NCBI GenBank assembly: GCA_040397685.1
Contig: JBBAVM010000005.1
Location: 18,827-61,150 of the forward strand
Direction: 5' to 3'
DNA length: 42,324 bases
From: Pirellulales bacterium
GTDB lineage: Bacteria > Planctomycetota > Planctomycetia > Pirellulales > UBA1268
Shown here: piece after piece, positions 19,142 to 27,375 of the stretch
Position numbering within the stretch: position 1 is the first letter of the stretch
Layout of the letters: the number at the start of each line of letters is the position of its first letter
Notes under the pieces: model-generated
The model's input: the letters and a program-made list of their open reading frames with translations, nothing else
Database searches by the model: none
Told to the model about the DNA's origin: nothing
Position numbers and translations under genes: made by a program

Positions 19142-20692
19142 ATGAAACGCACGGGCTTCCTCGGCATCGACGCGGGCACGCAGGGACTCTCGGTGATCTT
19201 CACCGACGACGACATGAAGATCCTCGCCGCCGGCGAGGCGGGCTATGAGATGGTGCCCGGGCTCGCGGGCGACTGCTACGAGCAGGACCCCGCCGACTGG
19301 GAGCGGGCCCTCGGGGCGGCGATGCACGACCTGCGGGCGAAGCTCGCCGCGCTCGGCATCGAGCCCGACGTGCGGGCGATCGGCATCTGCGGGCAGATGC
19401 ACGGCGAAGTGCTCGCCGACGACCTCGGCCGGTCGCTGGGCCCCGCGCGGCTGTGGTGCGACGGCCGTAACGAGGCGGAGGGGCACGAACTCACCGAGCG
19501 ACTCGGCGTGAAGTGCCCCAAGCGAATCACGAGCGCCCGCTGGCTGTGGACGATCCGCAACCGGCCGGAACTCGCCGCCAAGGCCACGCACCTCACGACG
19601 CCCGCCGGCTGGCTCGCCCAGCGGCTCACGGGCGGCTGGAACCTCGGCATCGGCGACGCCGCCGGCATGTTCCCGATCGACCAGGCGACGCTCGACTACG
19701 ACGCCACGCTCCTGGCCGACTTCGACGCGCTCGTGCACGCCGCGGCTGGAGGCCGCGGCATCCGAAGGCTCGGCGATCTGCTCCCCCATGTCCGCCGCGC
19801 CGGCCAGGACGGCGGCTCACTCGACGGCCACGGCGCGACGCTGCTCGGCCTGCCCGCCGGCATCCCCGTCGCCCCGGCCGAGGGCGACCAGCCGGCTGCG
19901 CTCACCGGCTCGCTCATCGGCGCGGCGGGCACGGTGTCGATGAGCTTCGGCACGAGCGTCGTCGCCAACGCCGTCGGCGACCGGCCGTTCACGGGAATCG
20001 CACGTAGTGTCGATCATTTCTGTGCCCCCGACGGCAAGCCGATCAACATGGTGTGGCTGCGGAACGGCACGACGGCGCTCAACGCGATCGTCGAGATGTT
20101 CGGCCGGGTCGCCGGCGGCAGCCGCGGCGACGGCTTCGCGGCGGTCGTTCCGCAACTGCTCGCCGCCCCCGACGACTGTGGCGGCCTCGTGGCCCTGCCG
20201 TTCATGGACGACGAGCCGGGCCTTGGCGTCTCACGCGGCGGCTCGGCCTGCGTCGTGGGGCTCAACGAGAGGAACGCCACGCCCGGCAACGTCGCCAAGG
20301 CGATGCTGCTGGCGACGATGTTCGATCTCCGGCTGGGCAGCGAGCCGCTCGACGACCAGCACTTTCCCCGGAACGAGATCGTGCTCTCGGGCGGCCTCGC
20401 GAAGACGCCGGCCCTCGGCCAGCTGTTGGCCGACGTCTTCAACGCGCCGGTCGTGATCCTCGACGGCGCCGCCGAGGGCACGGCCTGGGGTGCCGCACTC
20501 ATGGCCAAATACCGCGCGCTCGCCCTCGCCGGCCGCGCCCCGGACTGGGCCGCCTTCCTCGCGAGCCACGCCTCGGGCACGCCGACCCGCTTCACGCCAC
20601 GCGCCGCCACCGTGCGGATCCTCACCGACCGCTACGCCCGCCACCGCCGCCTCGTCGAACTCCACGGCCATCTCGAACGCGTGACCGCCTAA
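19142..20692 (+). CDS. FGGY family carbohydrate kinase (xylulokinase-like)
   Basis: LGIDAGTQG, EQDPADW, GQMHG, LWCDGR, GDQPAA, SFGTS, LSGG, GAAL. Confidence 0.9.
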   Translation: MKRTGFLGIDAGTQGLSVIFTDDDMKILAAGEAGYEMVPGLAGDCYEQDPADWERALGAAMHDLRAKLAALGIEPDVRAIGICGQMHGEVLADDLGRSLGPARLWCDGRNEAEGHELTERLGVKCPKRITSARWLWTIRNRPELAAKATHLTTPAGWLAQRLTGGWNLGIGDAAGMFPIDQATLDYDATLLADFDALVHAAAGGRGIRRLGDLLPHVRRAGQDGGSLDGHGATLLGLPAGIPVAPAEGDQPAALTGSLIGAAGTVSMSFGTSVVANAVGDRPFTGIARSVDHFCAPDGKPINMVWLRNGTTALNAIVEMFGRVAGGSRGDGFAAVVPQLLAAPDDCGGLVALPFMDDEPGLGVSRGGSACVVGLNERNATPGNVAKAMLLATMFDLRLGSEPLDDQHFPRNEIVLSGGLAKTPALGQLLADVFNAPVVILDGAAEGTAWGAALMAKYRALALAGRAPDWAAFLASHASGTPTRFTPRAATVRILTDRYARHRRLVELHGHLERVTA

Positions 20693-20706
20693 CCGCGTCG
20701 CCCAAC

Positions 20707-20853
20707 CCGGCTCGGGGCTGCCCCATACCATCTCGCCGGACGTTCACTCCGCCCTCCGGGCTTTGTTCACTCCTACCGACTGCGCTGCGCCATCCATGGC
20801 TTCGCTTGTCGGTAAAGCCGGCTCGATGGTAGGGGCAACCCCTCGCCTCCCCC
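20707..20853 (+). repeat. Structured intergenic element, long type (copy B2)
   Basis: Homologous to reverse complement of 7299-7451; outer stem ggggctgcccc.taccatc / gatggtaggggcaacccc. Confidence 0.85.
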
Positions 20854-20859
20854 TTCGGA

Positions 20860-20882
20860 AGCCCGAAGCGCAAGCGAGGGGG
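20860..20882 (+). repeat. REP-like short motif abutting B2
   Basis: agcccgaagcgcaagcgaggggg; gcgagggg can pair with cccctcgc of B2; resembles a short repeat I recall from planctomycete genomes (not verified). Confidence 0.4.
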
Positions 20883-20941
20883 TCCGGGCAGTCACGATCC
20901 GGCGCGGGCGCGGTGAGGTCGCTCGCGGCGGCGGTGGTGCC

Positions 20942-22084
20942 TCACGACACGCTGAGCATGCGTTCGAGCGCGGTGAGCGCCCAGTGCGCCGTCTCGTCGT
21001 CCACACGGATCACGTTCACGGGCCGGCCCCGCTCGAGATGCTCGAGGCTCCAGCAGAGGTGGGCGAGGTCGATGCGGTACATCGTCGCGCACATGCAGAC
21101 GACCGGCGACAGAAATCGGATCATCTGCTCGGGGTGGTTCTGCTCGAGCCGCTTCACGAGGTGCAGTTCCGTGCCGATCGCCCACGTCGTGCCGGGCGGC
21201 GCGGCTTCGACCTGCTTGAGGATGTAGCTCGTCGAGCCCACGAGGTCGGCCTTGTCCACGACCTCCATCGAGCACTCGGGGTGCACGAGCACCTTCACGC
21301 CGGGGAGGTTCGCCCGCATCGCGTCCACGTGCTCCGGCTTGAACATCGCATGGACGCTGCAATGCCCCTGCCAGAGGATGACGCGGCTGTGTGCCAGGTG
21401 CGCGGCCGTGGTGCCGCCGAGCGAAGGGGCGTGCGGATTCCAGACGCACATCTCGTCGAGCGGCACGCCCATCGTGCGGGCCGTGTTCCGCCCGAGATGC
21501 TGGTCGGGAAAGAAGAGTACGCGGCGGGAACGGGCGAAGGCCCAGTCGAGCACGGCCCGGGCGTTGCTCGAGGTGCAGACGATGCCGCCATGGCGGCCGC
21601 AGAAGGCCTTCAGGCTCGCGGCCGAGTTGATGTAGGTGACCGGCGTGACGTCGGCGGTGTCGATCACGGTCCCCAGATCGGCCCAGGCGTCCTCCACCTG
21701 CTCGATCGCCGCCATATCGGCCATCGAACAGCCGGCGGCCATGTCGGGCAGGACGACGGTGATGCGGCGGCCGCCGCGGGCCGCCACCGCCGCGGGCCGG
21801 TTGGCGAGGATATCGGCCGTCTCGGCCATGAAGTGGACGCCGCAGAACACGATCGCCTCGCAGCCGGCCCGCTCCGCCGCCGACTTCGAGAGCTGGTAAC
21901 TGTCCCCCTGGTAGTCGGCGTGGGCGATCACGCCGTCCTGCTGGTAGTGGTGACCGAGGATCACGAGCCGCTCGCCCATGCGGCGCCGCACGCCCTCGAT
22001 CCGGGCGGAAAGCTCCGCGTCCTCGAGGCTGCGATACTCGGGAAACGGCGCGGCGGGCGGCAGCGGGGTGACGGCGGTGCTCAT
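20942..22084 (-). CDS. nadA: Quinolinate synthase A
   Basis: ILGHHYQ, GDSYQLS, FCGVHFMAET, AGCSMADM, YINS.A, CTSSNA, FFPDQHLG, HPEC, GST, C.TM. Confidence 0.97.
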   Translation of the reverse strand: MSTAVTPLPPAAPFPEYRSLEDAELSARIEGVRRRMGERLVILGHHYQQDGVIAHADYQGDSYQLSKSAAERAGCEAIVFCGVHFMAETADILANRPAAVAARGGRRITVVLPDMAAGCSMADMAAIEQVEDAWADLGTVIDTADVTPVTYINSAASLKAFCGRHGGIVCTSSNARAVLDWAFARSRRVLFFPDQHLGRNTARTMGVPLDEMCVWNPHAPSLGGTTAAHLAHSRVILWQGHCSVHAMFKPEHVDAMRANLPGVKVLVHPECSMEVVDKADLVGSTSYILKQVEAAPPGTTWAIGTELHLVKRLEQNHPEQMIRFLSPVVCMCATMYRIDLAHLCWSLEHLERGRPVNVIRVDDETAHWALTALERMLSVS

Positions 22085-22091
22085 CGGGGAA

Positions 22092-22133
22092 AGTATAGGT
22101 CGCGGTGCGGGCGCCGTGGCCGACCGCTATACT
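22092..22133. promoter_or_regulatory. Back-to-back -10 elements (nadA leaderless; K/A-rich gene)
   Basis: TATACT on minus at 22092-22097, 7 nt from nadA ATG; TATACT on plus at 22128-22133. Confidence 0.6.
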
Positions 22134-22205
22134 GCCGCCGCGACGGCTCGGCAGCGGCCGACGTCCATCTCCCATTCCCAGGCAACGGAAGGATCACAGG
22201 GCGAC

Positions 22206-22553
22206 ATGGCGCGAAAAGTGGTGAACCGCAAGGAACTCAGGGCCCAGGCAGACGCAGCGGAGGCCCGCGCGAAGACGACCAAGAAGGCCGCCAAGGAGAA
22301 GCCGGCCAAGGAAAAGAAGGAGAAGGCCGCCAAGGAGCCGAAGAAGCCCGCCGCCAAGAAGGCCAGCCGCAAGAAGGCCGCCAAGGAAGTCCGGATGAAG
22401 GCCTACTGGGGCATCTTCAGCCCGTCGCTCAAGCGGCTCGCCCTCTTCGAATACGCCGACAAGAAGGCGGCCGAGAAGAAGGCGGCCGATCTCACGGCAT
22501 CGTCCCGTTCGCAGCACTTCGTGCAGCTGGTCAAGGAAGCGATCTCGGAGTAA
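22206..22553 (+). CDS. Small Lys/Ala-rich basic protein
   Basis: MARKVVNRKELR...KKAAKEKPAKEKKEKAAKEPKKPAAKKASRKKAAK followed by a compact domain (YWGIF...F.Y......A...A....HFVQLVKE). Confidence 0.85.
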   Translation: MARKVVNRKELRAQADAAEARAKTTKKAAKEKPAKEKKEKAAKEPKKPAAKKASRKKAAKEVRMKAYWGIFSPSLKRLALFEYADKKAAEKKAADLTASSRSQHFVQLVKEAISE

Positions 22554-22557
22554 GTCC

Positions 22558-23337
22558 ATGACGGCCGGCGACGCGGCGCGGGGTTGGCGGCGGATGGTGG
22601 TCTCCGGGCTCGTGGGGCTCGCGCTCGCCGGCTGCGGTGGCACGACGAAGAAACCGAAGGGTGGCGGCGCCGGGAACGACAAACTGCCGGCCGTCGATCT
22701 CGACACGGCGCTCGCGGTGGACGAGGGCCGGATCGCGGTCGCATCTCCCTCCGGCTGGACGCGGCTGCCGCGCTCGAAGGACTGCCTCGTCAAGTATCAG
22801 CCGGGGCCGAAGAAGACCTACCCGAAGATTCTCGTCACGGCCGAAGCGGCCCCCGCGGAATTTTCCGAGGTCACGGCGGACAACCACCAGGCCTTTGCGG
22901 CGGCTGTCGGTGAGGGCGTCGCGCAGGCGCTCGGCAAGGCCAAGCCCCTCAAGAAGGCGGCCGCGGTGAAACTCGGGCCGCACTTCGGCGTCACATGGGG
23001 CATTCCGGGGTCCGCAAAGGTGGACGGGATCGCGGAACCCATCGAACGCTGGAATTGGGCCGTCGTGACCGGCGGGCGGATGTACACCGTCGAGGCCCGC
23101 GCGCCGAAGGGGAAGATCGACGACGCGGGCAAGGCGGCCGCGAAGGCCGTCGCCGCCGCGCTCGCCCCGCCTGCGGCGACGACGGCGACCGACGACGCTC
23201 CTGCCGGGCCCGCCGGCGAGACGGCAAGCCCGCTCGACGCCCTCGCGCCCGCGGCTGCGGAGCCGTCGCCGCCACCGGAAGCCCCGAAGCCCGCCGATCC
23301 CGCGCCCGCTGCGGCGGCCGAAGACGCCGACAAGTAG
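22558..23337 (+). CDS. Putative lipoprotein
   Basis: Lipobox LALAGC after a hydrophobic stretch; Pro/Ala-rich tail. Confidence 0.75.
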   Translation: MTAGDAARGWRRMVVSGLVGLALAGCGGTTKKPKGGGAGNDKLPAVDLDTALAVDEGRIAVASPSGWTRLPRSKDCLVKYQPGPKKTYPKILVTAEAAPAEFSEVTADNHQAFAAAVGEGVAQALGKAKPLKKAAAVKLGPHFGVTWGIPGSAKVDGIAEPIERWNWAVVTGGRMYTVEARAPKGKIDDAGKAAAKAVAAALAPPAATTATDDAPAGPAGETASPLDALAPAAAEPSPPPEAPKPADPAPAAAAEDADK

Positions 23338-23340
23338 GCC

Positions 23341-24156
23341 CTACGCCCACGGGCTCTGCCAGTCGCCCCACGCGGCGAGATAGCGGGCGAGGCCGGCCGA
23401 TGTCTTGGCCCGCTCCTCGATCCACTCCCGCGCGTCCTCGATGATCGCATGCTCTTCCTTGAGCGAGAGCTCCCCGGCCGCCACCCGCGAGCGGAGAAAC
23501 ACGAAGTAGGTGTCGAGCACGTCGCCGCGGCAGTAGTCGTGGATCTCGGCCTTCTTGCCGGCGTCCCAGAGGTCCTGCACCATGTGGCCGGCGACGTCGA
23601 GCTTGCCCGGCTTCCCGATCAGGGTGGCGGCGAGCGAGAGGCCGCCAGTGAACCGCGAGGCACCGTTGTTCGTGAGCCACTCGTGGAGATCGAAGTGGGC
23701 GAACGTGGCGTAGCGGTTGCGGGGCTGGTCGAAGCTCTTCCGGTCCTCGGCGAACCAGTCGGGAATCGCCAGCCCGTAGCGGTAGGCGCCGAGCTCGAGG
23801 AGCGGCAGGTCGAAGCCGCGACCGTTGAAGCTCACGAGCCGCGGGCGGCGGTACTTTTGCCAGCCGTCCCAGAACAGCCGCACGATCTCGTGCGGCCGCG
23901 ACTGCTCCTCGTCGAGGGCCACGAGGTCGATGAGGCGGTAGTCGTGCGCGACCTTCGCGATCACGAGCGACACCGGAAGCTGGAACGTGTAGGGAACGAA
24001 GTCCTTCCCGTTCTCCTCGAGCAGCTCTCGGCGGTATTTCGCGATCGCCTTCTCCGGCGTGAGCCCCTCGCCCGGATACTTCACCTGCGCCACGAGCGCG
24101 CCGTCGGCCACGCTCTCGATGTCGAACACGAAGTACGCCGTGTCGGTCTTCGCCAT
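23341..24156 (-). CDS. Predicted 3'-5' exonuclease, PolB-exonuclease-like (DEDDy)
   Basis: FDIES (ExoI), SFNGRGFDLP (ExoII), YCRGDV (ExoIII). Confidence 0.88.
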   Translation of the reverse strand: MAKTDTAYFVFDIESVADGALVAQVKYPGEGLTPEKAIAKYRRELLEENGKDFVPYTFQLPVSLVIAKVAHDYRLIDLVALDEEQSRPHEIVRLFWDGWQKYRRPRLVSFNGRGFDLPLLELGAYRYGLAIPDWFAEDRKSFDQPRNRYATFAHFDLHEWLTNNGASRFTGGLSLAATLIGKPGKLDVAGHMVQDLWDAGKKAEIHDYCRGDVLDTYFVFLRSRVAAGELSLKEEHAIIEDAREWIEERAKTSAGLARYLAAWGDWQSPWA

Positions 24157-24187
24157 GCTCGGGTCAATCCTTGTCGGGAGTGAGGAC

Positions 24188-24269
24188 GAGGCGAGGGGGT
24201 CGGCGAACGCTCGAGGAGCCTTGGGCCGCTGCGGCCCACGCGACGAGACTTTTGCCGCCCCCGAGCCGG
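24188..24269 (-). repeat. Structured intergenic element, short type (copy A2)
   Basis: gaggcgagggggtcggcgaacgctcgaggagc...gcgacgagacttttgccgcccccgagccgg shared with A1 and A3. Confidence 0.92.
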
Positions 24270-24284
24270 ACCATGCTCGCTGGA

Positions 24285-25481
24285 CTATCGCCGGGCGAGC
24301 GGGTGCGCGAGCGGCAGCCAGGCGCCGTCGGCCTTGCTCGACGCCACGGCCTGCTCGATGAAATACATCCCCTCCACGCCGTCGTGGATGTTGGGGTAGA
24401 TCGTGTCGGTGCGCTCGAACGGCTTGCCCGCGAGGGCGAGTTCCATCGCGTCGTAGGCGCCGCGGTAGATGTTGGCGAACGCCTCGAAGAACGCCTCGGG
24501 ATGCCCCGACGGGAGCCGACAGGCGGCCTTGCCCATGGCGTTCATGTAGGGCGCGTTCGGGTCGCGGGTGAAGATGCGGTGAGGCTCGCCGTTCTTGCGC
24601 ACGAAGAGCTGGTTGGGGTTCTCCTGGTGCCATTCGAGGCTGGCGAGCGTGCCGTCGATCTGGATCCGCACGTCGTTCTCACGGCCGTGGCTGATCTGCG
24701 AGGCCGTCACGGTGCCCAAGGCTCCGTTCTGGTAGCGGATCACGGCGTGTCCGTAGTCGTCGAGCGCCCGGGCCGGCTCGAAGATCTTGAGGTTCGCACT
24801 GATCTTCTCGGGCAGGAGCCCGGTCATGTAGCGGCCGAGGTTGTAGGCATGGGTGCCGATGTCGCCGAAGCAGCCGGCAGCGCCGCTCCGCTTCGGGTCG
24901 GTCCGCCAGGCGGCCTGCTTCTGGCCTTCCGACTCGAGCCTGGTCCGCAGCCAGCCCTGGATGTACTCGGCGCGGATCGCCTGGATGTCGCCCAACTCGC
25001 CCGAGAGGATCATCTCCCGCGCCTGCCGTACGAGCGGGTAGCCGGTGTAGTTGTGGGTCACGGCGAACACGACCGGTGCCTTCTGCACGATCGCGGCGAG
25101 GGCCTCCGCCTCGGCCAGCGTGAGCGTGAGCGGCTTGTCGCAGACCACGTTGAAGCCGGCCTCGACCGCGGCCTTCGCCACCGGGAAGTGCATGTGGTTG
25201 GGGGTGGTGACCGACACGAAGTCGATCCGCCGGTCGGCCGGCAGGGCCTTTTCCTTCGCCAACAACTCCTCGTAGGAGCCGTAGGCCCGCGTTTCGTCCA
25301 CGGCGTAGTCGGCGGCACTCGCCTTGGACCGGGCGGCGTCGCTCGAGAATGCCCCGGCCACGAGTTCGGCGCGGTTGTCGAGCACCGCCGCGGTCACGTG
25401 CACGCGGCCGATGAACGACCCCTGCCCGCCACCCACGATCCCCATCCGCAGTTTCCGGCCCAGCGTTCCGTTGGTCGCCAT
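24285..25481 (-). CDS. Gfo/Idh/MocA family oxidoreductase
   Basis: [50 protein letters not shown]; GGAAGGA RBS. Confidence 0.92.
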   Translation of the reverse strand: MATNGTLGRKLRMGIVGGGQGSFIGRVHVTAAVLDNRAELVAGAFSSDAARSKASAADYAVDETRAYGSYEELLAKEKALPADRRIDFVSVTTPNHMHFPVAKAAVEAGFNVVCDKPLTLTLAEAEALAAIVQKAPVVFAVTHNYTGYPLVRQAREMILSGELGDIQAIRAEYIQGWLRTRLESEGQKQAAWRTDPKRSGAAGCFGDIGTHAYNLGRYMTGLLPEKISANLKIFEPARALDDYGHAVIRYQNGALGTVTASQISHGRENDVRIQIDGTLASLEWHQENPNQLFVRKNGEPHRIFTRDPNAPYMNAMGKAACRLPSGHPEAFFEAFANIYRGAYDAMELALAGKPFERTDTIYPNIHDGVEGMYFIEQAVASSKADGAWLPLAHPLARR

Positions 25482-25616
25482 GCTTCGTTCCTTCCAGGTC
25501 TCCGGCGTTGCCCAAAATCCGGACGGGAAGCCTAGCAGATGGCGAGCGGCCAGCCAGGGTCGCCGTCGGTTCGAGCAGGTTGCCGCCGCCCCCCGCGCGG
25601 CCCTACGATGCCGGTG

Positions 25617-26516
25617 ATGGGATTCTCCGACCGCGGCTACTACCGCCCCGAGCCGTCCAACGCCTTCCTCCAGGAATGGACGGGCGTGCTCACGATCATC
25701 GTCGCGAACATCGCGATCTGGGTCGCGAACCTTCTCGGCGCGGGCGAGGTGCCGGTCAATCGCTTTCTCGCGCTCGAGGGGGATCTCCCGCAGCACCTGC
25801 TCAAGGCCTGGGAACTCGTCACCTATGGCTTCGTCCACGACAGCCACAACCCGCGGCACCTCGTGTTCAACATGCTCGCGCTCTGGTTCTTCGGCCGCGA
25901 GGTCGAGGCAATCATGGGGCGGGCTGAATTTTTCCGCTTCTACGTCACCGCGATCGTGATCGCCGGCCTGGCCTGGCTCGTGAGCGTGCAGGTCGGCCAC
26001 CCGGTCCAGGCGGCGCGGTTCTCGCTCGTGGGTGCCAGCGGAGCCGTGATGGCGGTGCTCGCGGTCTTCGTGCTGAACTTCCCCCGCACGACCGTGCTCA
26101 TCTGGGGCGTGCTGCCCGTCCCGGCCTGGGCGCTCGGCATCCTGTATTTCGTCTCCGACGTGCAGGGAGCGGCCGCCGGGGGCGGCAATGTGGCCCATGT
26201 GGCCCACGTGGCGGGCGCGATCTTCGGCCTGCTCTACGCCTGGCGGGGCTGGCACCTCGGCGGCCTCGACGATCTCCTGTCCCGCTTCCGCCGGCGCCGG
26301 ATGCGGGTGCTGCGGCCGGAGGACGACTTTGGCACGCGACCGCGGCGGCCGGCCTCCGAGACGCGGCCCGCGGGAAAGCTCGATGCCGAACTGCAGGAGG
26401 AGGTCGATCGGATCCTCGAAAAGATCAGCCGCTCCGGTGAGGCGAGCCTTTCGACCGCCGAACGCGACACGCTCACCCGCGCCAGCCGCCGCCTCAAGGA
26501 AGGCTCGCGGTCCTAG
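25617..26516 (+). CDS. Rhomboid intramembrane serine protease with C-terminal helical domain
   Basis: W.LVTYGFVH, HLVFNM..LWFFG, GASG, AHVAHVAG; C-terminal EVDRILEKIS.SG..SL...ER. Confidence 0.92.
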   Translation: MGFSDRGYYRPEPSNAFLQEWTGVLTIIVANIAIWVANLLGAGEVPVNRFLALEGDLPQHLLKAWELVTYGFVHDSHNPRHLVFNMLALWFFGREVEAIMGRAEFFRFYVTAIVIAGLAWLVSVQVGHPVQAARFSLVGASGAVMAVLAVFVLNFPRTTVLIWGVLPVPAWALGILYFVSDVQGAAAGGGNVAHVAHVAGAIFGLLYAWRGWHLGGLDDLLSRFRRRRMRVLRPEDDFGTRPRRPASETRPAGKLDAELQEEVDRILEKISRSGEASLSTAERDTLTRASRRLKEGSRS

Positions 26517-26534
26517 AGCGCATCCAAGATAGTC

Positions 26535-26626
26535 GTGTCGCCGGCTCGGGGGCGGCAAAAGTCTCGTCGCGTGGGCCGTGGCGGCCCAAGGCTCCTCGAG
26601 CGTTCGCCGACCCCCTTCGCCTACCC
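26535..26626 (+). repeat. Structured intergenic element, short type (copy A3)
   Basis: gtgtcgccggctcgggggcggcaaaagtctcgtcgc...gctcctcgagcgttcgccgacccccttcgcct between convergent genes. Confidence 0.92.
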
Positions 26627-26681
26627 GCCCTGGTCCGCCCCAGTCCGCGAACGCCGTTGGGCGGCAGCCGAGTTCGTGCGT

Positions 26682-27311
26682 TCAGCGGGCGAGTCCGGTC
26701 GGGACGGCGGCCGTCCGCGGATCGGGACGAGCGGCGAGCCGCAGGGCGTCGATCGTGGCCACGAGTTCGCGCATCTTCACTTCGTCCACATGGCCCGAGA
26801 GCACCGCGTGCACCTCGCCGCGGGTGTTGACGAGCACGATGTTGGGCCCGCCGGAGACGATGCCGTAGGCGTGCTCGAGCCGGCCCTCGAAGTCGAGCCA
26901 TACCGGCACGAAAGGCGAATCCTTGCGCATCTGGGCCCGGGCCACGGGCTGAAGCGGCTTCGGAATCTCGGGCATGCTCGCGACGGCGATCACGTGCACG
27001 TCGGGCGCGCGGACCCCGGCCGGCCAACCGGCGATGCCGATCACGGGCTGCCGGAGCCACTCGGTCGCCGACGCCGTGGCGGCGGTGGGATGAAAGTGGA
27101 CGTGGAGGCGGCGGCCGAGCTCCTGGGCCGCCTCGCCCCCCCTGCGCTCCGCGTAGACGAGGACGACGACGTCGCCGCGCATCGTGCCCGTCTCGTGCCG
27201 GTTCCTGAACTGATCCTCCATGGCGATGTTGACGGCCCGCTCCGGTGGGGCGGCAAACGCCGCCGGGGCGAGCAGGGCAAGGCAGAGGATCGGGAGAATG
27301 GCGGTGCGCAT
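26682..27311 (-). CDS. Exported protein with redoxin-like fold lacking catalytic Cys
   Basis: Signal peptide; MEDQF..., G.VVVLVY, VWLDFEG.....YG......N..LVN..GEV.....G pattern; no Cys in mature part. Confidence 0.7.
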   Translation of the reverse strand: MRTAILPILCLALLAPAAFAAPPERAVNIAMEDQFRNRHETGTMRGDVVVLVYAERRGGEAAQELGRRLHVHFHPTAATASATEWLRQPVIGIAGWPAGVRAPDVHVIAVASMPEIPKPLQPVARAQMRKDSPFVPVWLDFEGRLEHAYGIVSGGPNIVLVNTRGEVHAVLSGHVDEVKMRELVATIDALRLAARPDPRTAAVPTGLAR

Positions 27312-27375
27312 GGCGGCTCCGAACGACAGGCGACGGGGAAATACCGCGCCGCAGCCGGGCGGGGCAAGGCATGTT

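Noticed and set aside
23341-24156. Exonuclease as part of a defence system or prophage
   Set aside because: Neighbours are metabolic or envelope genes; no defence, integrase or phage genes and no visible compositional shift.
19028-26626. Short elements as Rho-independent terminators or Tn3-derived MITEs
   Set aside because: No U-tract after the stems and two copies lie inside presumptive operons. Although inner arms start with GGGG, the flanks are constant rather than variable 5-bp duplications.
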